IMG/VR virus record: IMGVR_UViG_3300030419_006105
Location: 52,367 to 116,366 of that record
Length of the DNA: 64,000 nucleotides
Reading direction: 5' to 3' (one strand)
Origin: a virus
Shown in pieces: positions 10,258-19,709 of this stretch; position 1 is the first letter of the stretch; the number at the start of each line of letters is the position of its first letter. A program made the position numbers and the translations under genes. A model generated the notes under the pieces. That model saw only the letters and a list, made by a program, of their open reading frames with translations. It was not told the DNA's origin and ran no database searches.

Positions 10258-10958
10258 AAACTTTAATAGCAACAGCTACTAAACATGATATAGACGGGTT
10301 TAAAAATACTAGACTATCAAAAAGTTTAACATATCACAAAGAAAATCAAAGCGTTGTAAACTATGAATTAGAACCAACATTTAATAATACAACTGGTTTA
10401 TGTTCTGTATATAATAATTATCTAACGAAAAAATACCTAAAGAAATATGACTGTATATTATTTGTACATGATGATTTACATATCGATAGTGTTAATTTTT
10501 TAACATGCATAAGAGAGTATTTTAAAAAGGGTTATGATGTAGTAGGATTAGCTGGCGGTAGTAAAATACAAATTAAAAAACCATGTCTATGGCATATTTT
10601 ATGTAAACCGGAAACCCTATCAGGAGTTGTAGCTCATTACAAAAACAAAACAGATTATTATCAAACTATATTTGGACAAGTACCAAAAGAAGTTGTATTA
10701 TTAGACGGTTTATTTTTAGCTGTAAAGACAAAATCATTAGCATTACATAATATACGATTTGATGAAAATATAAAAGGATTCCATCATTATGATCTAAAAT
10801 TTTGTTTAGATTGCCATTTAGCAGGTATGCGTTTGACGACAGCTCCAATACAAGTAATTCATGACTCACCAGGCTTAACTAAATTCACAGAAGAATTTGC
10901 AAAATCAGAGGAGTACCTATATAATGTACTCGTAAAACATGCTGACCAGCGAAAATAA
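10254..10958 (+). CDS. GT-A (GT2-like) glycosyltransferase-like protein
   Basis: LFVHDD (DxD-like), VVGLAG, LLDGLFLA, RFDE...FHHYDL.FC motifs. Confidence 0.75.
   Translation: MKTLIATATKHDIDGFKNTRLSKSLTYHKENQSVVNYELEPTFNNTTGLCSVYNNYLTKKYLKKYDCILFVHDDLHIDSVNFLTCIREYFKKGYDVVGLAGGSKIQIKKPCLWHILCKPETLSGVVAHYKNKTDYYQTIFGQVPKEVVLLDGLFLAVKTKSLALHNIRFDENIKGFHHYDLKFCLDCHLAGMRLTTAPIQVIHDSPGLTKFTEEFAKSEEYLYNVLVKHADQRK
10897..10925 (+). promoter_or_regulatory. Sigma70-type promoter upstream of the helicase
   Basis: TTGCAA-N17-TATAAT, 13 nt before the ATG at 10939. Confidence 0.55.
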
Positions 10959-12285
10959 TTATTTAGATATAGATCTTGATTATTTAGAGAAAATAGTATT
11001 TAAAAATTGTCTTGAAGATGATATTTATTTAAATTCTATTATTGATAATCTTAATTATAAGTTTTTTAAAAATAAAGACTTTCAACAGATTATTAAATTA
11101 ATTCAAGCTCTATATAAGAAGAATAATAAGAGACCAACGCGTACAGAATTAGAATTATACTTAAATAATGATCAGTTAAAAGAACATTATAATAAAAGTA
11201 AAATAATAATTAATGACGTTGATTCAGATTTAACATCTGAAGATTTATATGCTTATACAGAAAAATACTTGCAAGAGCAAGCTGTATTTAATACATTTTT
11301 AGAAATTGTTGATAGTAAAGAGAGAGATGTAAAAACAATACATGATAAGTTTAATAAAGCTTGTAATATTTCTATTACTACAAATGTAGGTCATAATTAT
11401 TTTAAAGACATTGAAGAACATATAACCAATTTAACTACAAGAGAACATAAAATTAAAACTGGGTGGGATTGGTTAGATGAAAGATTAGATGGAGGTTTCC
11501 TGGAAGCTGGTAGAAGTATGTATGTATTTGCAGGTCCGACTAATGTAGGTAAATCTATATTCTTAAGCAATATAGCCACGACTGCAGCAAGTGAAGGAAA
11601 AAATGTACTAGTAATTTCTCTTGAAATGTCAGAAATGATATATAGTAAGAGAATAACTTCTAGGTTAACTGGACTACCTATAAATCATTTAGATCAACAT
11701 ATAGATGGTCTAAGAGAGAGTGTAGGTAAATTTAAAATGTTACACCCTAGAGCTAATATTATAATTAAAGAATTTGCACCTAATTCTATTACACCTCCTC
11801 AATTAGAAGGTTTTATTAAAAAGCTTATTAATAAACAATTTAAACCTGATATTATAGTTTTAGATTATTTAAATTTGATGGCTAGTACATATGGTAATAA
11901 TTCGTATGAAAGAATTAAAAGTATATCAGAGCAAGTAAGAGCTATGTCGTATACATTTGAATGTCCAGTTGTATCTGCTACACAAGTAAACCGTACAGGA
12001 TATGGTAATAACGCTGGAGGTCCTGGACTTGAATCTATTGGAGAAAGTTACGGATTAGGTGCAACAGCAGATGCTATTGTTAGTATATGGAGAACAGAAG
12101 AAGATGAAGAAGATAACGCCTTACATATAGGTATTATTAAAAACCGATTTGGTTCTAATACAGGTAGTACAAGATTAAGCATAGACTATAATACTTTAAC
12201 ATTAACTGAAAATACCGACTTAAATGTTAATAATGATATTAACGCAGCTGAAGATGATGCTGTACAATTCGGTAGGGTTGTGTAA
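10939..12285 (+). CDS. gp41: Replicative DnaB-like helicase (T4 gp41)
   Basis: GPTNVGKS, SLEMSE, VLDYLNL, SATQVNR, KNRFG. Confidence 0.95.
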   Translation: MLTSENNYLDIDLDYLEKIVFKNCLEDDIYLNSIIDNLNYKFFKNKDFQQIIKLIQALYKKNNKRPTRTELELYLNNDQLKEHYNKSKIIINDVDSDLTSEDLYAYTEKYLQEQAVFNTFLEIVDSKERDVKTIHDKFNKACNISITTNVGHNYFKDIEEHITNLTTREHKIKTGWDWLDERLDGGFLEAGRSMYVFAGPTNVGKSIFLSNIATTAASEGKNVLVISLEMSEMIYSKRITSRLTGLPINHLDQHIDGLRESVGKFKMLHPRANIIIKEFAPNSITPPQLEGFIKKLINKQFKPDIIVLDYLNLMASTYGNNSYERIKSISEQVRAMSYTFECPVVSATQVNRTGYGNNAGGPGLESIGESYGLGATADAIVSIWRTEEDEEDNALHIGIIKNRFGSNTGSTRLSIDYNTLTLTENTDLNVNNDINAAEDDAVQFGRVV

Positions 12286-12294
12286 ATATATACA

Positions 12295-13179
12295 ATGGCC
12301 AAAGAGGATTTAATATTTACAGATCTAGATTTAGACGGAAGCTGTAGCTATTTAACATACTCTTGGTTCACTCAAACTAAACCAAAAGTAATAACAGTAA
12401 AGGTTTCATCTTTACGTGAAAAATTTCTAGCATGGTTAAAACATAATAAAATTAGTGATTATAAACGAATATACTTTTTTGACTTAGATACAACAGAAAT
12501 AAAAGATCTTATTGATAAGAAAAACGTTACAATATTTGATCACCATAAATCCCATGAAGAAGAATATAAAAACGCTACTACTATAATTGATAAAGAATGT
12601 ACTTCATGTAGTAAATTAATATATACATTTTATAAAGATAAAGCTAATCTTACAGTAGAGCAAAAAAAACTCATAGCTTTAGTTAATGACTATGATTGTT
12701 ATGAATTAAAATTTCCAGAAAGTAATAAATTAAATTTTCTCTTTTGGTATAAAAATGGAGATAAATTACAAAATTTTATTAATGATTTTGAATCTGGTTT
12801 TCACGGTTTTGATAATGAGCAAAACAAAATTATTAGTTATCATTTTTATAAATTTAAAAAATTAAGAGATCAAATACAATTATATAAATCTACATTGAGT
12901 ATAGGTAAAAAGAAATATAAGTTTATTAGTACATTTGCTAACGAATATGTAAATGATTTATGTCAATATATTATTGATAATAATGATTGTGATGTATGTT
13001 TAATGATTAACTTAAAAAACAATAGAGTTTATTTACGTAAAAATAGAAAGGTAGATTTAAATCTAGGGAAGTTCGCTAAAAAAGTATGTGAAGGAGGTGG
13101 TCATGAATATGCAGCAGGCGGTGTATTAAATGACAATATACTCACATTAAGCAAAAAGTTCATACCACTAAATGGATAA
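12295..13179 (+). CDS. DHH/DHHA1 family phosphoesterase
   Basis: DLDLDG, FDL, FDHH, NDYD and GGGHEYAAG motifs. Confidence 0.85.
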   Translation: MAKEDLIFTDLDLDGSCSYLTYSWFTQTKPKVITVKVSSLREKFLAWLKHNKISDYKRIYFFDLDTTEIKDLIDKKNVTIFDHHKSHEEEYKNATTIIDKECTSCSKLIYTFYKDKANLTVEQKKLIALVNDYDCYELKFPESNKLNFLFWYKNGDKLQNFINDFESGFHGFDNEQNKIISYHFYKFKKLRDQIQLYKSTLSIGKKKYKFISTFANEYVNDLCQYIIDNNDCDVCLMINLKNNRVYLRKNRKVDLNLGKFAKKVCEGGGHEYAAGGVLNDNILTLSKKFIPLNG

Positions 13180-13447
13180 TCCTTATACAACATTAGAAAA
13201 AAAAGATATAGTACATAAGTTTTTAAGCTTATGTAGTTTTGTATCTATTTGCGAAAATAAAAAATTAAATTTAGCTAATGTATTTTTATTAGTTCTTAAA
13301 AATAAAAAATATAGAGATTTATTTAAAGAAATTCTTATAATTGAGAGTAATTATGAACTTGTAAAATTATTTTTACAACATGACCCGTACTTATATAAAA
13401 GTAAGTATATCACTAAGTTTTTAAAAAAACACACTCTTAATTTATGA
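13172..13447 (+). CDS. Hypothetical protein
   Basis: ORF overlaps both neighbours in operon fashion. Confidence 0.65.
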   Translation: MDNPYTTLEKKDIVHKFLSLCSFVSICENKKLNLANVFLLVLKNKKYRDLFKEILIIESNYELVKLFLQHDPYLYKSKYITKFLKKHTLNL

Positions 13448-14091
13448 CTGATCAGGATCAATTAAGCATATACGAACAAAACATATATAATACATATCTT
13501 AGAACTGCACGAAAAAATAAAGGGTTTACTCCTAGAAAAAATTTTAAAGATCTAGATAATGAAAAATATGTTTTAATTAAAAAAGTCTCTAAAACTCTAC
13601 AAAACAAAAAAATTGACCCTACATTATTTTTTATTGCTCCATATGAGTTACATTCAGAAAAACACGTTTCATTAAATTTCTATAGTACATTTGGAGCTAT
13701 AACTACATATAGAAAATACGTTCAACAAATAGAATTAACTGACCCTGATCATATTTTTAATATTACTCAATTAAGAAATAGTATGAAATATATTTATCAA
13801 ATATGTGCAGATAATAATATTAAAGATTGTGAGGAATACTTATTATTTCAAAAAGGTGTATATCCAAATTTTATTTTAGATTTAAAAGAAGGTAATGTAA
13901 GTTTTTATAGCTTGATTGCTCTAGATCTATGCGAAAATAAAATTAAGCTAGAAAAAAATATAGTTGAATTTGCATGTAAAGGATTTTATAATACCTTAAG
14001 CAGTTTGAGAACTCGATACACATTTTCGAAAAAAATCAAACCGTTGAGTATAAAACTTATTAAAACTATAAATAAAATATTAAAAATATGA
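13444..14091 (+). CDS. Hypothetical basic protein (positional candidate for a gp59-like helicase loader)
   Basis: 215 aa, lysine-rich, immediately upstream of gp32 as gp59 is in T4. No motif proof. Confidence 0.5.
   Translation: MTDQDQLSIYEQNIYNTYLRTARKNKGFTPRKNFKDLDNEKYVLIKKVSKTLQNKKIDPTLFFIAPYELHSEKHVSLNFYSTFGAITTYRKYVQQIELTDPDHIFNITQLRNSMKYIYQICADNNIKDCEEYLLFQKGVYPNFILDLKEGNVSFYSLIALDLCENKIKLEKNIVEFACKGFYNTLSSLRTRYTFSKKIKPLSIKLIKTINKILKI
13964..13992 (+). promoter_or_regulatory. Internal sigma70-type promoter, probably for gp32
   Basis: TTGAAT-N17-TATAAT about 95 nt upstream of the gp32 start. A TATAAATA box also lies at 14067-14074. Confidence 0.5.
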
Positions 14092-14954
14092 CAACGAGTA
14101 TGTTCGCATCAATTAAGGACGCGCTAGCAAAACCAGCGCAAGGTAACAACACAACTAGCAATATTATGCGGTTGAAGACAGGTAACACATATGTTTTACG
14201 TTTAGTTCCGTATGTGAAAGATCCAAGTAAGACGTTTTTTCATTACTACTCACATGGATGGGTAAGTGAAGCAACTGGACAATTTCAAAGTGCTATTAGT
14301 CCACAAACATGGGGTGATAGGGATCCAATTGCCGAAGCTCGGTATAAAATTTCTCGTACTGGTACAGAGGAAGAGAAGGAAAAGGCAAAAGCTCTTAATC
14401 GTAAAGAGAATTGGTTAATTAACGTTTACGTAGTAAAGGATGGTGATAATCCAGAAAATGAAGGTAAAGTTAAAATTCTACGATTCGGTAGACAGTTACA
14501 TAAAATTATTATGGAAGCTATCGAAGGAGAAGACGCTGACGAATTTGGTGAGCGTATTTTCGATCTGACTGAAAATGGTTGCAGTCTAAAGGTTAAAGTT
14601 GAAGAGCAAGGTGGTTATCCTACTTATGTAAGTTCAAGGTTTGCTGCCCCTGCAGCAATTCCAGGTGTTACTGCAGATAATGTTAAGGATGTATATGATA
14701 AAGTATTCGATCTTGACAATGTATTTCCTGTTAAGAGTTATGAGGAATTGCAGACTATGCTTAATGAGCATTATCATGGACTAGATAGTTCTACTGTAGA
14801 GGAGCAAACACATGCCCCGGCTACAACATCAACTAAAGTAGATGATGATGACGATGATGATATTAATTTCGATGATATCGAACCTACATCAAAGTCTAAC
14901 GATACTCCTGTTGATGATACTAAAGTAAAAGAATTACTTGATAGCTTGGATTAA
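14088..14954 (+). CDS. gp32: Single-stranded DNA-binding protein (T4 gp32-like)
   Basis: N.YVVKD..NPENEGKVKIL.FG..., G..L.VK...GYPTY..S.F, acidic C-terminal tail. Confidence 0.9.
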   Translation: MTTSMFASIKDALAKPAQGNNTTSNIMRLKTGNTYVLRLVPYVKDPSKTFFHYYSHGWVSEATGQFQSAISPQTWGDRDPIAEARYKISRTGTEEEKEKAKALNRKENWLINVYVVKDGDNPENEGKVKILRFGRQLHKIIMEAIEGEDADEFGERIFDLTENGCSLKVKVEEQGGYPTYVSSRFAAPAAIPGVTADNVKDVYDKVFDLDNVFPVKSYEELQTMLNEHYHGLDSSTVEEQTHAPATTSTKVDDDDDDDINFDDIEPTSKSNDTPVDDTKVKELLDSLD

Positions 14955-14962
14955 ACAAATAT

Positions 14963-14988
14963 GGGGGAGGGTAACCTCCCCCTTTTTT
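14963..14988 (+). terminator. Rho-independent terminator after gp32
   Basis: GGGGGAGG-GTAA-CCTCCCCC followed by T6. Confidence 0.85.
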
Positions 14989-14997
14989 AAAAAAACT

Positions 14998-15390
14998 ATG
15001 AACGACGAAGTTATAGAGAAATTAATGCTTCACCAGTTAAATCAACAAGCTGGTGAACTTAATCAAAATATAGTACAGAAAAGCTCTGCATTAAATGATA
15101 TACCTATAGATAATAAACTATATGAATCTTCACAACCACAACCTCAGCCACAACAATTTCAGCAACAAATTCCACAACCAGTACAACAACCCGTACAGCA
15201 AGCAGTTCAACCACAAGTACAAACTGTTGTACAACAAGATTTAAATCCTCTAATAGAAAGAGTAACTTCTTTAGAAAAACAAGTCACTAAATTTATAACC
15301 CTTATTGAGCGTAACGTTGCAAAGAACGCAAAAGAGATTAATATAAGAATCAAATTAAACGAAAATAATGGTTCTACCAATAAAAAGTAA
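14998..15390 (+). CDS. Hypothetical Gln/Pro-rich protein with C-terminal coiled coil
   Basis: Start moved to the ATG at 14998 (MNDEVIEK) because the longer call runs through the terminator. QPQ/PVQQ repeats. Confidence 0.7.
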   Translation: MNDEVIEKLMLHQLNQQAGELNQNIVQKSSALNDIPIDNKLYESSQPQPQPQQFQQQIPQPVQQPVQQAVQPQVQTVVQQDLNPLIERVTSLEKQVTKFITLIERNVAKNAKEINIRIKLNENNGSTNKK

Positions 15391-16099
15391 AGACAATTTT
15401 ATTAGGAGTTTTCTTAATCCTGTCTCAAGACTAGATACATCTGCTACACTACTCGTTGATAATATTATCTCAGCAGTTGTACATAATAATTCAAATATTT
15501 TTCTTCGTGCAGAATATAAAATAAATTGGGAAGATCATCCTCAAGATTATATATTATGCTTACCTGATACAATTAAATTAATTAAAATATTGTCTTGCTT
15601 AGAGAAAGATGAAATTAATCTTACAATAGACGACAATTGTATTACATATAAAGATGATAACAATAGATTCAAATATCATCTATTTGATGATAGCTTAAAA
15701 TCTAAAAATGCATTTGATTTTGCCAAGATTAATAATATTAATTTCGGTACCAGTTTTGATTTAACTCGTGAAAAGAATAGTGCGTTACTTAAAGCGTTAC
15801 CATTTGTTACTGAAACAAGTAAAGTATATTTAAAAACTGAAGGTAGAACTGTTTTTGCTGAATTATCAGATAAAAAAATACAAAATATAGATAGTTATAC
15901 GGCTTTAATTGCAGATGAGTTTGATGGAGATGATTTAAATTATGAATTAATATTAGATGTAGAATTATTTAGACTTATCTCGACATTGAGTTTTGATACT
16001 GCAAAAGTATATATTAATAACGAATATAAGATGTTAATGATGAAGTTAGAACTTAACGAAGCTACTCTTACATTTGTAAGTACGAGTTATAAAAATTAA
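15368..16099 (+). CDS. gp45: Sliding clamp (T4 gp45-like)
   Basis: Clamp-like size and alternating beta/alpha pattern (LPDTIKLIKILS, FKYHLFD). Located in the replication module, with a clamp loader present in the window. Confidence 0.65.
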   Translation: MVLPIKSKDNFIRSFLNPVSRLDTSATLLVDNIISAVVHNNSNIFLRAEYKINWEDHPQDYILCLPDTIKLIKILSCLEKDEINLTIDDNCITYKDDNNRFKYHLFDDSLKSKNAFDFAKINNINFGTSFDLTREKNSALLKALPFVTETSKVYLKTEGRTVFAELSDKKIQNIDSYTALIADEFDGDDLNYELILDVELFRLISTLSFDTAKVYINNEYKMLMMKLELNEATLTFVSTSYKN

Positions 16100-16401
16100 T
16101 GAAAAATAAAGTAACAACATGTGGTTATTTTATAAAAAGGTTAAGAGATAACGGATATATAGTAAATAGAATTTTTAATCAATACCCTAAAGATGATTGT
16201 CGAAAATGGACTGTAATGATTGAACCAGGAGCGGCATCATTGTATATTACATGTTATGTGAATAAAGATTGGTACGGGGATTTAATGTTTGAACTTAACG
16301 ACGGAATTAGATTTAAAAACCTCCAATTAAAAACAGATAGTATGGAAGTAATATTTAACAAATTAATAGATAAAGAAATTATACCAAGTGAAAAAAACTA
16401 A
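16099..16401 (+). CDS. Hypothetical protein
   Basis: TAATG-coupled ORF. Confidence 0.7.
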   Translation: MKNKVTTCGYFIKRLRDNGYIVNRIFNQYPKDDCRKWTVMIEPGAASLYITCYVNKDWYGDLMFELNDGIRFKNLQLKTDSMEVIFNKLIDKEIIPSEKN

Positions 16402-16681
16402 CAAACCAAAAAACTTCGACAATCTCCTTAAAACAAGTATTAACGCTGCGGAAGATATAAGTAACGGAAATGAAGAGGACTTATCTGTAATAAATGATTA
16501 TTTAGCTGAATATTTAAAATCATTTGTTTTACTAGGATATGATACAAAAGGAGAAAGTGTAGTTATATTATCTGGTAAAACAGCGCAAGATTATGATGCA
16601 TTAGAAACCCTATTACGTAGAATAGGTAATATAGATTTTTTTAATAATATTCAAGAAGAAAAAACTAAGTCAAATGAATAA
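16388..16681 (+). CDS. Hypothetical protein
   Basis: GTG-start ORF overlapping its neighbours. Confidence 0.65.
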   Translation: MKKTNKPKNFDNLLKTSINAAEDISNGNEEDLSVINDYLAEYLKSFVLLGYDTKGESVVILSGKTAQDYDALETLLRRIGNIDFFNNIQEEKTKSNE

Positions 16682-17606
16682 GATAATTGTTTTAGGTAAC
16701 GGTTATATCGGTAAACAGGTGTATAAACATCTTACGTCAACAATGACGGATTTTGATGTAAAATTACTAAACTCATATGAGTATAATTGCCCAAGTGTAT
16801 TAAGAGAGACTCTTTTTACAAATTTAAAAACTGAATTTATTACAAATAGAGAAATTCATCCTCACACAAGTCAATCTCATGAAACCAACCAAAAATGGCT
16901 TATTAACTGTGTAGGTTATACTGGGAAGCCAAATGTAGATGCATGTGAGAATGATAAACAAACCTGTTGGGACTTAAACGTTACATTTCCTACTTTACTA
17001 GCAAATGAATGTGCAAAATATAATGTAAAAATTATTAATATTAGTTCTGGTTGTATATATGATACTGAAGATGGTAAATCTATTTTTAATGAAGAAGATT
17101 GGCCAAATTTCGGTTTAAATAGTTCTAGTAGTAGCTGGTATAGTCGCACTAAACATGCGGCAGAGCTTAATCTCAATGCATTTGACAATATATATACTCT
17201 ACGTATACGTATGCCTATATGTAATAATTTTAATTCTAGTAAAAACTATTTAACTAAGATTTTAAAGTATAATGACATATTACAAGAAGTTAATTCAAAG
17301 ACTGTAATCGAAGATTTGTATAATACAGTGAGTAAGATAATATATCGACAAGATATACCAACAGGAATATATAACTGTGTTAATCCTGAACCATTAGATA
17401 CAAAAACAGTAACACAAATTCTCGACAAATATGGTATGTGGAACCCTAATTGGAATTTTATTGATTATAATGGACTAAAAAATCATATTAAAGCAAATAG
17501 ATCTAATTGTATTCTTACAACCGATAAATGTAGAGAAGTAGGTATAGAGTTTCCTTCGGAAGAAGAATCATTACATCGTATATTAGCTAAAACTAATGAA
17601 GAATAA
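16674..17606 (+). CDS. RmlD/NRS-ER-like NDP-4-keto-6-deoxyhexose (epimerase-)reductase
   Basis: GNGYIG Rossmann motif, GYTGKPNVDACE, SSGCIY, YSRTK, LRIRMPI. Confidence 0.85.
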   Translation: MNKIIVLGNGYIGKQVYKHLTSTMTDFDVKLLNSYEYNCPSVLRETLFTNLKTEFITNREIHPHTSQSHETNQKWLINCVGYTGKPNVDACENDKQTCWDLNVTFPTLLANECAKYNVKIINISSGCIYDTEDGKSIFNEEDWPNFGLNSSSSSWYSRTKHAAELNLNAFDNIYTLRIRMPICNNFNSSKNYLTKILKYNDILQEVNSKTVIEDLYNTVSKIIYRQDIPTGIYNCVNPEPLDTKTVTQILDKYGMWNPNWNFIDYNGLKNHIKANRSNCILTTDKCREVGIEFPSEEESLHRILAKTNEE

Positions 17607-18630
17607 AAAAATACTAGTTACTGGAGGTTTAGGTTTTATTGGAAGTCATTTCGTTGAACTACTACATAAAAAGTGTACAAATTGTATAATAACTATAGTA
17701 GATAATTATAGTTATTGTGTCTCTCAAAAAACAGAAGATTATTTATGGGATTTATATGAACCTTTTCCATGGTATAGGGGCGATAAAAAGAATAAATTAG
17801 AAATAATATATAGTGATATTAATGATTATGACGATGTAGCTAAACATGATTATATTATAAATTTTGCTGCTGAATCTCATGTAGATAATAGTATTAAGAA
17901 TGGAGACCCATTTTTAACATCTAATGTTAACGGTGTATACTATTTACTAAAACAAGTTAAAGAACATCAACGTTTTATTCAAATTGGTACTGATGAAGTT
18001 TATGGTAGTTTAGAGCTTAATTCTTCCCCAAGCGAAGAAGGTCATTTATTAGAACCATCTTCTGTTTATTCTTCAACAAAAGCAGCTGCAGATTTAATAT
18101 CCTTATCATTTTATCATACTTATAATAAAGATGTTATTGTAACAAGATGTACTAATAATTTTGGCCCTAGACAGTATCATGAAAAATTAATACCTGTAGT
18201 GATTAAAAAAGCATTAGCAGATGAATCTATACCGGTTTATGGCACTGGTGAAAATATACGACAATGGATATATGTAAAGGATCATTGTGAGAAAATTTAT
18301 AACATATTAAAGTTTGGTACTGCAGGAAAAATATATAATATAGCTCCAGATTACTACGAAGGAGAATCTGAAATTAACAATATTAATCTTGTTCAAGAAA
18401 TACTATTTAATCTTAAAAAACCAGAGAAATTAATATCGTTTGTTGAGGATAGGAAAGGTCATGATGTGCGATACTCTTTAAGGCAAGGTATGTATAGAGC
18501 TATGATGATAATGAATGATCAACAATTAGAACTACCAGGAATAGAAAAAACATTTGCCGATGATTTAAGATATACTATAATGTGGTACAAAAAACATAAT
18601 GACTGGTGGGACAAAAAATCTAATAATTGA
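17596..18630 (+). CDS. rmlB: dTDP-glucose 4,6-dehydratase
   Basis: TGGLGFIG, FAAESHVDNS, TDEVYG, YSSTK, TNNFGPRQ, DRKGHDVRY. Confidence 0.95.
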   Translation: MKNKKILVTGGLGFIGSHFVELLHKKCTNCIITIVDNYSYCVSQKTEDYLWDLYEPFPWYRGDKKNKLEIIYSDINDYDDVAKHDYIINFAAESHVDNSIKNGDPFLTSNVNGVYYLLKQVKEHQRFIQIGTDEVYGSLELNSSPSEEGHLLEPSSVYSSTKAAADLISLSFYHTYNKDVIVTRCTNNFGPRQYHEKLIPVVIKKALADESIPVYGTGENIRQWIYVKDHCEKIYNILKFGTAGKIYNIAPDYYEGESEINNINLVQEILFNLKKPEKLISFVEDRKGHDVRYSLRQGMYRAMMIMNDQQLELPGIEKTFADDLRYTIMWYKKHNDWWDKKSNN

Positions 18631-19543
18631 TGGTAATAACTTACTTTACAGAATATTCTGGACTAGTAACTATAAAATTGAAGAGTCACAAAGCCCTGGA
18701 CAAATTTTTTTATTTTTAAGATCATTAAAATCTTATGTAGATAAATTTCAACCAGATAATATTTATTGTACATGGGATAAGAAATTAGAATGGCCTTCAA
18801 CAAATTTTCGCAGAGAAGCTACTGCAGTACAATATAAAGCTGGGCGAGATGATGAAAAGTTTAAAGATGTTTTTGAATATGCTGAAAAAATACAGGAACT
18901 TATTAATGATTTAGGTGTATTTAATATATATCCTCTACGAATGGAGGCTGATGATTTAATGGCATATTTATCACACAGACTTCCAGGTCCTAGTGTAATT
19001 ATAACTACAGATAAAGATTTACTACAAACTGTATCTAAAAACACTATCGTATATAATCCTATAAAAAAGAAAGAAATAAATTTAAACAATTTTGAAGAAT
19101 ATACAGGTGTAAAAAAAGAATATTATATTTCGTTTAGAGCAGTAACTGGAGATAAGTCAGATAATATTCCTGGTTTTCCTAGATATGGTATAAAAAGATT
19201 CCTTAAATTAGAACATAAATTAGTTTCCCTAGAAGGTGAAGAAACTGCTCTAATAAAAGGAGATGCAATCACAGAAGAACAATTTGAAATATATAAGCGC
19301 AATTGGAAACTAATGGATCTTAAACAGGGATATGCTTATTATGATGACGAAGTACCAGCCTACGAAAAGCAATTAGAACAACTAAGAAACCATAAGAGTA
19401 ATTTTTCTAAATTTCTAGATGAAGCTAAAAAATTAAACTTATGGTCTATTGTGAGAAACTATACATCGTGGAGAAACTCGTTTGATAATAACGAGATTTT
19501 ATTAAATACTATTAACAAGGCTATAAAAAATGCATGTACCTAA
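18599..19543 (+). CDS. rnh: 5'-3' exonuclease / T4 RNase H-like flap nuclease
   Basis: IIDGNNL, YKAGR, EADD, TDKDLLQ, GDKSDNIPG. Confidence 0.92.
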   Translation: MTGGTKNLIIDGNNLLYRIFWTSNYKIEESQSPGQIFLFLRSLKSYVDKFQPDNIYCTWDKKLEWPSTNFRREATAVQYKAGRDDEKFKDVFEYAEKIQELINDLGVFNIYPLRMEADDLMAYLSHRLPGPSVIITTDKDLLQTVSKNTIVYNPIKKKEINLNNFEEYTGVKKEYYISFRAVTGDKSDNIPGFPRYGIKRFLKLEHKLVSLEGEETALIKGDAITEEQFEIYKRNWKLMDLKQGYAYYDDEVPAYEKQLEQLRNHKSNFSKFLDEAKKLNLWSIVRNYTSWRNSFDNNEILLNTINKAIKNACT

Positions 19544-19709
19544 TCAACCAAAATCTATTATAGCTCCATCAGGAGCAACGGCGCGACCTGTACTTAAAAA
19601 TGTTCGGTTTGGTGATGAAATAAGAGTTGAAGCTCATTATACTGATCCAAAAACTGGACAATTTATTACTAAGATCAACGTCTCAGTTACTAAAGTAGAT
19701 GATCAGTGA
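19530..19709 (+). CDS. Small hypothetical protein (59 aa, missing from the ORF track)
   Basis: Manual translation MHVPNQPKSIIAPSGATARPVLKNVRFGDEIRVEAHYTDPKTGQFITKINVSVTKVDDQ*. Fills the rnh-primase gap with overlaps at both ends. Confidence 0.75.
   Translation: MHVPNQPKSIIAPSGATARPVLKNVRFGDEIRVEAHYTDPKTGQFITKINVSVTKVDDQ

Noticed and set aside
14938-14997. N-terminal extension MIAWIKQIWGRVTSPFFKKT of the Gln-rich ORF
   Set aside because: It runs through the gp32 terminator hairpin. The ATG at 14998 is more plausible.
15130-15240. CAA/CCA-rich quasi-repeats
   Set aside because: Explained by Gln/Pro codons. No constant repeat-spacer structure, so not a CRISPR array.
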